64,000 bases of DNA from Dipteris shenzhenensis (lineage: Eukaryota), in the NCBI GenBank assembly GCA_047967505.1, contig CM106538.1. One strand, 5' to 3'. The translations under genes were made by a program, and so were the position numbers. Shown in pieces: positions 1 to 10,300 of the stretch. Within the stretch, counting starts at the first letter, position 1. The number at the start of each line of letters is the position of its first letter. Below the pieces are notes generated by a model. That model did no database searches. It worked only from the letters and a program-made list of their open reading frames with translations, and had not been told where the DNA came from.

Positions 1-185
1 CAGAGAAAGAGCGAGAGAGAAAGAGAGGTGGGGAGGCAATTAGGAATTCTAGTTTTCACAGACATTCTATACTTTGCTTTGCTAGTATCATTATGTATTG
101 TAGGTTGATTTTCAAAAGATTTGGTGAAAAACATTTTTTGTTTATGTACATCTCTGAATTATTGTATGTGTGCTATGGTTGACAG

Positions 186-237
186 TTGGTGTTAATGGCA
201 TTTTACGTATTCAGTCCTCTGGATATTCTTCCTGAAG
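186..237 (+). CDS. RNF170: Penultimate coding exon of an RNF170-like RING E3 ubiquitin ligase (DUF1232 region)
   Basis: acAG|TTG...GAA G|GTaaag. Translates LVLMAFYVFSPLDILPE-G, the YxxSPxDxxPE motif of DUF1232/RNF170. Its phase-1 end joins exon 49660-49775 in frame. Confidence 0.85.
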
Positions 238-454
238 GTAAAGCTTTGGAGCTTTTCTCATGGTATAAATGGTGAGCAGAGATAAGTGTTTGTGTCAGCT
301 ATACTAGAATCTTTAGTTGGAATAATGTCTGAGTTTCAGATTGGCTTCAGTAGCTAAATTGTCTTACAACCCACCTGCGCCTCCCTCTTGCTTTTCTCCC
401 TAAAAACAAAACAATCCTGTTATTTAAAGACTCTCCTACTGTTTATTCTTTTCA

Positions 455-642
455 TCTCTCTCTCTCTCTCTCCCCCCCCAAAAAAAAAAAAAAAAAAAAA
501 TCCCACTGCTCCTCTCCACCCTGCCTGCCCCCAAGACACACATATATAGATGTGTGTGTGTGTGTACGCTCGCGCACATACACACACACACACAGACATA
601 TGTATGCATATGTTCATATGCATCTCTCTCTCTATATATATG

Positions 643-700
<58 letters not shown>

Positions 701-759
701 ACATACACACACACACACAGACATATGTATACATATGTTCATATGCATCTCTCTCTCTC

Positions 760-826
<67 letters not shown>
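455..826. repeat. Compound microsatellite, (CT)n/(A)n/(TG)n/(CA)n/(TA)n/(GA)n, with an internal ~130-bp tandem duplication
   Basis: Directly visible. Block ~575-697 is repeated at ~700-826. Confidence 0.95.
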
Positions 827-829
<3 letters not shown>

Positions 830-2562
830 ATTAAAGTCTTTGGAAGACCAATGGGTCCATGAGACTGTGAAAAACCTGATATAATGAGCTGTGGTAGTGG
901 AGCTAGTAAACGAGCATCCACACCAATGCAGAATGCAAAAAATGCAAAATGGCAGTACTAAGTCCTAAGTACTAAGTACAACATAGTCATGTCGATAGTC
1001 GACTATATATCAATCTCAGCATCATCATCATCATCATCATCATCATCAGCATGACATCAGGATGGATGAGGCAGTGGAGGCATGAGGTTGGCAATAGAGT
1101 GCTGTCGGCCCCTCAAAGGTGCAGTCGTGGTACATCTCCTGGTCGTAGGTCTGCGTCTAACCAGGGCCATTGTGACCCTCGTCGGTCGGGCTCTAACTCT
1201 AAACAAGGAGGGGATGTCCCTAAGTATGATCTGTGTGTCAACCCTTTGTTTGAGCTGTCGGGTCACATGCTCCAGGTCACGGTCATGTCGAGGTCTCGTC
1301 TCGTGGGGGTCTATGTGATTTGGCTGAAAGAACTTCGTGATGGCGCTCTGAGAGGTATTAGTCGAGGAAGAAGTCAGCTCCAGTCTCCGTGCTCGTAGTA
1401 TCCTCTTGCGGTGTCTAAGCACGTCATGAATGAAACCTGCCAAACACCGTTGGTTTGGGTATGACATGTCCAATCATAATGGTCCTGTAGTTCTCCGGGT
1501 TCATAGGATCCCCTGCCTTGTGAAAGGGTGAGATATTGTTAATGGTCTAGGTGCGTGGAAACCCCAAATAAACAGCTTCATTAAATAGCTTTGCTAAAAT
1601 CGGGGCTAGGAGGTTAATCCCATATGCAATGAACTCAGTGCATAGTCCCTCATGATCCTTCGCTCGGCCATTCTGAAGTTTCATTACAGCATCCTTTACC
1701 CCCTCCCTAGTGAAGAGGGTGCAAGATGTGGGACGTGGCATATGTGAGAGGTTAGGGACTGGCTGATTTGGGATGCCATAGATTGTGCGTGCATAATCAA
1801 ACTACACATGAGTGTCAGTGAGTGGTGAGGGGGACCGTCCCTCTAGAAATCTCCGCCAAAAGTCCTTAGAGTTGAACAGAATGTTTAGTAGCTCCTCCTC
1901 GTTCCGGCGAACAAAGTCAAGTTTCTTCTTGCGTACTATTCAAAGGTACTCGCGTAGCATCTATGGTTTGCTCGGAAGATTGTTTTTGGTTTCGAATATG
2001 AGCTGGCAGCGTAAAGCCTTACACTCATCATCATACCAGCTGTTACAGGGTATGGTCCCAGGGGGTGGTGGACGGGTGGTGTGGGGGAAAGCGTGAAGAG
2101 TAGCCTCGTGTAGTGAGCGGGTGACTAGGGCAACACAATCCTCTAATAGGGGTATAAAGTCACTGTATGCGAGAAGTATGTACAGACGGCCAGAGTAAGT
2201 AGGCGAGTGATCGCGATCAAAGTGTATATCATGGTAGGCGGAGTAAGAACCCAACGGGGTGGAAATTGCTGTGCGACGGGGAGTAGAAATGCTAAAGAAA
2301 AGATAGGTATGATCAGCCCCTGGAGGGAGAGGTGCTACGGTAAAGTCAGTGATGCGAGATGCGAAGGCAGGGGATCCCATGATGTAGTCCACAACACTGG
2401 AGCCTCCCCCAGGTGGAAAGCATGTGAAACCAAAAACCCGTAGCATACCTGCCTCCTTAAGGTTAATGTCTGGCAGTAGAGTGGAATCATCCTTGAAGTC
2501 GAGGAGTGGTGCCTGACGAGCACCTGTCCTCGCGTTGAAGTCTCCAACTAGGAGGACTTCTC

Positions 2563-2566
<4 letters not shown>
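827..2566 (-). mobile_element. RTEX-like LINE copy 1: 5'-truncated, RT core deleted, AATAAA-(CT)n 3' tail
   Basis: Minus strand carries the endonuclease end (FTCFPPGGGSSVVDYIMGS...ADH), NSWYDDECK, KLQNGRAKDHEGL and NPENYRTIMIGH fused to the C-terminal SYPNQRCLAGFIHDVLRHR. The 3' end is TAATAAA followed by (CT)n. Confidence 0.8.

Positions 2567-2617
<51 letters not shown>
2567..2617. repeat. (GA)n microsatellite, also the 3' tail of LINE copy 2
   Basis: Directly visible. Confidence 0.95.
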
Positions 2618-2620
<3 letters not shown>

Positions 2621-2665
2621 ATTAAAGTCTTCGGAAGACTGATGGGTCTATGAGACTGTGAAAAT

Positions 2666-4643
2666 GATCCAGCGTGGCACAGCTTAGGAGGTTGGTTCGG
2701 AACTTCCTGTGGTCCGGGGGGGATGTTCTCAGAGATACCAGAGCGAGGGTTGCCTGGCAGACAGTCATTCTTCCGCAGGCTGAGGGTGGCCTGGGGGTCA
2801 TCGATCCAGAGCTTCAGAGTCAGGTCCTGCTGGGCAAGCTAGTTATCCGCGGTTTGACCCCGGGGGGCAAACGTGGAAGATGTTACTTCAGCAGGGGGTC
2901 GGTTCTTGTGTCCCGCGCCGAGGTGGAGAGTGGCTACCGTCCCTCAGGTGGATCTTCACTTCCACCCCGCTCACTCAGCCCCGCTCCCCACTCGTTCGTA
3001 GCCTCCTCATGGTTTGGAGGCGGCTCCGCCTCAGTCTCATACAGTCCCCTCCTAGCTGTCAGGAGGAGATCGATCGCCAGCCGCTTATCTGGAACGATCA
3101 GGTCAGAGATGCCGAGGGCCTTCAGCTGGGGGAGAGATCACACATCAGGTGGGACGGCTGGATGCGGGGGCCAGCTCGGTCCCTTCGAGTTTGGAGGGAC
3201 ACGTACAGACATTTGGAGACCGTTGATCTTGCAGACACAGCTGGAGGTGCCTGTGGAGCTCAGGCGAGACGCACGGAGATAGACGGAGCGATTCCAGCTG
3301 ATTGGTTGGTTCCACCCGAGTTTCAGATCCTCATGCTTGGTGATGACCGTTGGCTGGGATAGTTCACCCCCCGTGGCATCCCACTGGTGGTTACAGGTCG
3401 GATGGACGACTCCTCTGTTTCCTTCTTCGCGGTTATGGGGGATGGCCGACTCAGGAGAGAGGATGTGCTCATCGACCCCCTACTCCCATGGCAGAGGGTT
3501 CGGGTCGTAGGCCTCGTGGGGAAGGTTTGGCGGACCGATCCTAGCATAGAGCAGGATCAGCTGCAGCTTTGGCGACTCTGGCTCTGGGAGGGGCGGGCCT
3601 TGTCAGAGCTTGATTGGGACCCAGGAGAGTGGAGATGGCCAGAGATTGTGACAGGTCAGGGGCCGACTTCTTTCTTTGCCTACAACACGACTTTAGGCAG
3701 GCGAGTTCTCGGGAGGATGCAGAGCCGCCCTCCCACCCATCGGCCCAGTTGGTATGCACAGGGTATTTCCAGGTTATTTTTGCAGGCCTTCTGGAAGGCC
3801 TTGTGGGAGAGCTGGCGGCCGCGGAAGATCTCCTACTTCCTGTGGCTTCTTGCCCACGAAGGTCTTCCAGTGGGGAGCTGGTTGCGGCAGATAGGTCAGG
3901 ACGGACGTTGTCAGATTTGTCATGAGGACGAGGAGTCACCAAAACACTGCCTATGGAGTTGCACTCGCGCCCAGGAAGTGTGGAGGTGGACCTTCGGGAT
4001 CCTTACTCGCGCAGCACCGGAGCTAGGTTTGATCACTGGGGGCGCGTTCTGCTGGTGCAGCACCGCACCTGGTTTTCATCACTTATTCGAGACATGTCAG
4101 CAGGACCCCACATTCCTTATCACACTGGGGACGTGGGGGCCGCTCGAGAGCATCCCGCCGCACCTGGCAGAGGCTGGCACAGGAGCTCAGGAGAGGCAGC
4201 CAGTTTGGGAGATTATTAGCAGCATCGCAGGATGGCACATTTGGACCTCGCGCTGCGCGCAGATCCTCGGTGGCACCTCCTTATCGACTGCCCATATCAT
4301 GACTGACATCTGGAGTGAGATTATACACACCCTTAGAGGCCAGTGGGACCAGATACAGGGAGACTCCCGGGCCGGCCAGGAGAAGCGGAGACGTTTCCTC
4401 CGGGTTTGGGACACACAGGGCCTCTTCTTCGAGCACACTTCACAGGGCCTTTAGTGGCGCTACTCACCACCTCTTTGGCTATTCATTCACACTCGCCTGA
4501 TCCCTCCGTGAGAGAGAGCTTTACTTTTTGTTACCTTTTGGGCTGCGTCCAATTTGTGAACGCAGCCCGTCAGCTGCAATGCTGACCTCTTGTATCTTGT
4601 TTTCGAAGTAATATAATTAGCAGTGTTTTTTCTGCAAAAAAAA
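2666..4643 (+). mobile_element. 5'-truncated L1/Tx1-type LINE (ORF2 C-terminus with zf-RVT), poly(A) tail, 15-16-bp TSD
   Basis: Peptides RNFLWSG...RVAWQTVILPQAEGGLGVID and PRKISYFLWLLAHEGLP...CQICHEDEESPKHCLWSC...WHIWTSRC. A8 tail at 4636-4643. TSD (a)TGAGACTGTGAAAAT at 2651-2665 and 4644-4658. Confidence 0.92.
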
Positions 4644-6632
4644 TGAGACTGTGAAAATCCTGATACAACAAGCTGTGGTAGTGGAGCTACTAAACGAGCG
4701 TCCATACCAATGCAAAATGCAAAAATGCAGAATGGCAGTACTAAGTCCTAAGTACAATATAGTCATGTCGATGGTTGACTATATATCAGTCTTAGCATCG
4801 TCATCAATATCATCATCATCATTAGCATCAGCAAGATATCGGGATGGATGAGTCAGTGGAGTCATGAAGTCGGCAATAGAGTGCTGTCGGCTACTCAGAG
4901 GTGCGGTCCTTGCATGTCTCTTGGTCGTAGCTCTGCGTCTGACCAGGGCTACTGTGACCCCCATCGGTCGGGCTCCGACTCTAAAGAAGGAGGGGATGAC
5001 CCCAAGTGTGATCTGTGTGTCGACCCTCTGTCTGAGCTGTCGGGTCACAGGCTCCGGGTCACGGTCATGTCGAGGCCTCGTCTCGTGGGGGTCCATGTGA
5101 TCTAGCTGAAAGAACTCCGTGATAGAGCTCTGAGACCGAGGAAGAAGTCTACTCCTGTCTCCGTGCTCGAAGTATCCTCTCACGGTGTCTAAGTGTCTCA
5201 TGAATGAAACCTGCCAAACACCATTGGTCTGGGTAGGAGAGGAAACAGGCCAAAATCCCATAACTATCTCTGAAGAGGCAGTGGAAACGCCGTCGGGTCT
5301 CATAGTACACAGGACACCTGAAGATGAAATGCTCCTCTGTCTCAACCTCTTGCATGTCACACAGTATGCATATGCGCCTCTCCTTGGGTAGTCGCTCTGC
5401 TCTGGCGCTCTCGATGCGAAGTCTGTGTGAAGAGACCCGGAATTGCCCAAGAGAAATCCTCAGCGAGGGGGGTAGGTGAATCTGTGTGTATCCTGGTGGG
5501 TCAATGAAACCCTCCGTTGGGATATGTAAGAAGTGATCTCTGTAGAAGCTAAGCTTCATTGGGAGTTCACTCGGCTCCAACCAGGTCCGAAATGTGTTAG
5601 CTGTAGTAGATTCTCACGGATAACTTGGTTGACCTCGTGTGAGAAGAGGGGAGAAAACGGAGCATCGATGCTGTACTAGAAGGGAGGTAGTCTATCCATG
5701 TGGAGCCCTAATCACTCAAACCATCTCTCTGTACGTGCATACCAGCACCTGTGGTCTCCTCTTGCTGCAAGTGCCATAGAAGAGGATAGAGCTATCTATG
5801 GTAGTTTGCTACGCCCCGAGGTATAATCCCCATATTCCCTAACTCAGTACAGATATGTGATGACCTGAAATGCAGCATCTAGCTGTAAAGGGGGTGACCC
5901 AAACTCAGCTTGAATGATATGGTGAGGGACGGATGACTTACCACGAATCTTGGACATGATGCCGTGCCTTGTGGATGGGTGAGATAGTGTTAATGGTCCA
6001 AGTGTGTGGAAATCCCAAACAAACAGCTTCATTAAAAAGCTTTGCTAAGATCTGGGCTAGGAGGTTAATCCCATATGCAATGAACTTAGTGCATAGCCCC
6101 TCATGATCCTTTGCTCCAATGAAGTTTCATTATGGCATCCTTCACCCCTTCTCTAGTGAAGAGGGTGCAGGATGTGGGATGAGGCATGTGTGAGAGGTTA
6201 GGGAGTGCCTGATTTCGGATGTCATAAAGTGTGCGTGCATAATCAAACCAGATCTGAGTGTTAGTGAGTGGCCGAGGGGACTGTCCTTCTAGAAATCTCC
6301 GCTAGAAGTCTTTAGAGTTGTTACTAAACAAAATGTTCAGTAGCTTGTCCTCGTTTCGATGAACGAAGTCTAGTTTCTTCCTACGTACTAGTCTACAGTA
6401 TTCACATAGCGTATCTAGTGCGCTCGGAAGACTGTTTTTGGTTTCGAACGTGAGTTGACGGCGTAAAGCCTTATACTCATCATTGTACCAACTATTATAG
6501 GATATGGTTCTAGGGGGTGGTGGGCGGGTGGTGTGGGGGAAAGCGTGAATGGCAGCCTCGTGTAGTGAGGGGGTGACAAGGGCAGCACGATCCTCTAAAA
6601 GGGGTATGAAGTCAATATAAGCGAGAAGTATG

Positions 6633-9312
6633 TGATGGGATATCTCAAGGTGTATGCCCCAGGCACACCTTGGTTTCTATGTGTGTGTGCTAGAGGCACA
6701 GTTAGGTGCCCATAAGCACTGTTAGGTGGTGGTAGAAGCCACATAGGATGATTGAGAGAATCTAGGAGCAGATTGAGGAGATGATTGTGGAGCTCAGAGG
6801 TCATCAGTGATGTCAGTGATCATGTAAGAGGTACCTACTTAAGGACCTTACCTTTCTTCATTCCATAAGCAAGAATTCTCAGTTTGTGTTCACTCCATGC
6901 TCTCCTTTCAGTTTACCAACATGGTATGAGAGCACTTTGATCCTCCTTGAGCCCACTTGTGCCACATCATCTTCTTCTTCTCCATCTTCTTCATCTTCAT
7001 CTTCACCATTTCTTCTCTTTGTTCCCAAAATCTTGCTAAAGCTTGTTCTCCCTCAGATCTCCGACATTCTCCAAGCCCTTCCTGCTGGACATACCCCTCG
7101 TTTGGGCAAACCTCCACCTGCAAGCAATTGAAAAAAAAAAACGTCTCTGCTGGCTGCCATTCTCCAAACAGCGCATTTTTTCGTCATTCTTCTGTTGCAA
7201 AATACTCCCTGCTTGCTGCGCCATTGCTCGAGCCCTCTTAGGAGTAGATGGGCGACCTCAAGACGAACATTTTGAGTCATTTTTCAGCTCATTTGGTTCA
7301 GTAACGAAGGAGAAATCGTCAAACCTCAGGTTCAGCCTGCAGCAACTCCCCCGGGCAAAACAGCGCGCCATTTCGCCCAACCTCTGTGCTGGATCTTCTC
7401 TAGTATATGAGCTTTCTTTTGCTTCAGAAAGCCCTCTTTTCTTTGCTTTGAAGAGTGAGATACAAGCTCTCCAAGTTCAGGCCTCTGTTTTGGACAGTTT
7501 TGACAAGGTTGTGAGTGTGATGCTACATTAGATGCTACTTTAGCATTTCTGAGGTTTTAAAGTTTTGAAAAGCATCAGTACAAGTGTGGCTACAACTTTC
7601 TTTGAAGTTGCTATACTGGATTTGCATGGAAAGCTTTCATTTAGCCACCTCTGTGAAGCATGTAAGTGAAAGCATCATTGATTTGTAGTATGAAATTTGG
7701 TCACAAGTCTTTGCTACATTAAATGCTTATACTTTGAAGCTTTTCAGTTGTTTTTCTAGCCTTGTAAGAGAGAAGACACTGCCCAATTCTTGGGTTAGAC
7801 CCTCTCATGGCTACCATCTTGAATATGGATAAGTTCAATGGTAAGGGCTTTAACACATGGCAGATGAAGGTTAAATTTGCATTGATGAGGGAAAACCTCT
7901 GGGGGCTTGTCAAATCGGCTTTAACTTCTTCTTCAACAGCCTCCAATGCTGGAGAATCCTCAGCTCCGACACGCCCGGCAAGAGATCCTGCTAGAGAGGA
8001 GAAAGCCTATGGCATCATTGCTCTTGCCTTAGGAGATGACTATATTCATCACATCTCTTATTTGGAGTCTCCTTCAGAAGCTTGGCAGAAGCTTGATATT
8101 ATTTTTGGTGCTAGCTCTCACATCTCAAAATTGTCACTTAAGATTGCTTTCTTTGAATTGAAGATGGATAGTGGCACTCCTTTGGCTACCCATGTCAATT
8201 ACATGCGGAGTCTCATGACTCAACTTGCTTCTATCAACTCTCCTATCACTACAGATGATGCAATGGTAGTGTTGCTTAAGAGTATGCCTGAAGATTATGA
8301 TCATATTGTTACCAATTTGAAAAATCTCCCTAATCCTAATCTTGAAGGTCTTATCTCTGCTCTTCAAGAAGAAGAAAGGCACATGGAACTCTGGAAAGGC
8401 AATGACACAGCCTATGCCATAAAAATCCAGAAGGGCAAGTTTTCACCTTGCAATCATTGTGGGAAGACTAATCACCTCTCAAAAGACTGCTTCAAGATTA
8501 ATCCATGCAAACACTGTGGCAAAAACAATCATCATGAAAAGTTTTGTAGAGCCAAAAAGGAAGCAACTTCAAAGTCAGAAAATGCCAATCTACTTTCAGT
8601 TGATGTGCCTCCATAAGATGAGGCATCCTATGAAGATTATGCTTTTTGAATCATCTCCATGTATGCTCCAGATCTCTCTTTTTTGTTGAGTCAAGGTACT
8701 CAGCCTGGATAGTCCTCCAAAATGAATGAAATAAACTATTGTGTGTTTTGTAAACACCTCTGGTCACCATATGATGTAGGCCATGTGTATGTGTTTTTGC
8801 TCCATGGTACCTCCTGCAGACATTGTGTGCATGTACATGCGGGGGAGATAACCATTGGAAGGTCCTTTGTATCCCTTTTTGTTTACTTCACTCCCTTGGG
8901 AATCCCTTGCTAGCATGAGAACCTAGCCATAGATTTATCCTTGACCACCATGAGATGGCATGAGAAACTATGAGACTAGATGTATCCTTGACATAGCCTG
9001 AGGCATTCCCTTGAGGGGGGGTATGATGGGATATCTCAAGGTGTATGCCCCAGGCACACCTTGGTTTCTATGTGTGTGTGCTAGAGGCACAGTTAGGTGC
9101 CCATAAGCACTGTTAGGTGGTGGTAGAAGCCACATAGGATGATTGAGAGAATCTAGGAGCAAATTGAGGAGATGATTGTAGAGCTCAGAGCTCATCAGTG
9201 ATGTCAGTGATCATGTAAGAGGTGCCTACTTAAGGACCTCACCTTTCTTCATTCCATAAGCAAGAATTCTCAGTTTGTGTTTACTCCATGCTTTCCTTTC
9301 AGTTTACCAACA
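6633..9312 (+). mobile_element. Complete gag-only Ty1/Copia-type non-autonomous LTR element (TR-GAG-like), 2,680 bp
   Basis: 289-bp LTRs at 6633-6921 and 9024-9312 (TG...CA, about 7 mismatches by eye). PBS TGGTATGAGAGC at 6922, PPT GAGGGGGGG before 9024, 5-bp TSD GTATG. Confidence 0.93.
7807..8616 (+). CDS. gag: Copia-type Gag (UBN2-like domain plus two CCHC zinc knuckles), 269 aa
   Basis: KFNGKGFNTWQMKVKFALMRENLWGLV; VLLKSMPEDYD; CNHCGKTNHLSKDC and CKHCGKNNHHEKFC. Confidence 0.88.
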   Translation: MATILNMDKFNGKGFNTWQMKVKFALMRENLWGLVKSALTSSSTASNAGESSAPTRPARDPAREEKAYGIIALALGDDYIHHISYLESPSEAWQKLDIIFGASSHISKLSLKIAFFELKMDSGTPLATHVNYMRSLMTQLASINSPITTDDAMVVLLKSMPEDYDHIVTNLKNLPNPNLEGLISALQEEERHMELWKGNDTAYAIKIQKGKFSPCNHCGKTNHLSKDCFKINPCKHCGKNNHHEKFCRAKKEATSKSENANLLSVDVPP

Positions 9313-10074
9313 GTATGTACAGATGGCCAAAGTAAGAAGGTGAGTGATTCCGATCAAAGCATATATCATGATATGTGGAGAGAGAGAGAGATGCATATAT
9401 ACATGTATCCATATGCACATGTGTGTGTGCGTGCGCGCACGCGTGTGTGTATCATCGCTGCTAGACACGAGAAAGAAAGGAAGAAAGATAAATTTATGTC
9501 TTTGGGAGGCCTTGCGGGCTTATGAGACAAAGTACAATCAAGAAGGTAACTCATACAAGCCAGTGTGGGCTGAAGCAAAGGGCTTGCTAAGGCCCTTGCC
9601 AATCAAAGCTAGTGCTCTAAATACATATCTAGTGGTCCGTGGTAGCTCTTTGATGAGATGCGAAGATTTCTCGTATCTGTGTTTGTCGAGTCGTATCTTG
9701 TTGCGGTGAGGGGCGTGGTCTTTGTGATCCAGGAGTGACACCTCGGCTCGATGGTCTCCTCTGAGTAGACCAAGGATGGGCTGGACTTATATCGTGTATG
9801 CTTCGCTCAACCTCTGCACCGTGTGTGGTCTCTGTGTCTTTGGTTCCATTGCTTCTCGTTGTCTCTTTCCGTTGATCCATGCTGCCCTCATGTCGGCTAT
9901 ATGCTCCTCCTCTACTCCACACTATCTCGAGGTTGACTCAAATGCATAGAAGCCCCTCTTGAAAAAGAAAAGGTATAATAAAACTGGACATTGGTGGAAA
10001 ACTTGTGCTCTCTCCCCTACCCCCCCCCCCCAAAAAAAAAAAAAGAGAGGAAAAGAAGCCCATGTCTTATAGAC

Positions 10075-10300
10075 CTGGATTAGGTCCAACCGTATGATAC
10101 GGTTGATCTCATCTCGTGGAATCAAGAGGGAGGGGGCATCCAAACTGTATTGAGAGGGGGGAGTCAGTCCATCTAAATACCTTGATTGGCAACCGGTAAC
10201 CCCTCTAATGCCAACCTCGGTAGTCTCCAGCCATGCAAAGCTCAAACCCTGTGGTATGTCACCGTTTGAAGATAGCATCAATTTGGTGTCTGATGAGGGA
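10075..10300 (-). mobile_element. Degenerate RTEX-like LINE fragment
   Basis: LTPPSQYSLDAPSLLIPRDEINRIIRLDLIQV resembles the post-RT segment of LINE copy 2 (~5600-5700). Confidence 0.5.

Larger units (their letters stand above)
2618..9375 (-). mobile_element. RTEX-like LINE copy 2, interrupted by an L1 (2666-4643) and a gag-only LTR element (6633-9312); RT core deleted
   Basis: Colinear with copy 1 in the 3' UTR and at 6000-6632/9313-9375. C-terminal LGQFRVSSHRLRIE...RICILCDMQEVETEEHFIFRCPVY zinc-knuckle region at 5149-5580. Confidence 0.8.

Noticed and set aside
420-921. Several ORFs with VCVC, ERER and THTH runs
   Set aside because: They are translations of dinucleotide microsatellites.
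550-9450. Apparent inverted similarity between microsatellite blocks at 550-632 and 9378-9450
   Set aside because: Low-complexity dinucleotide mosaics match each other easily, so this is not evidence of TIRs.
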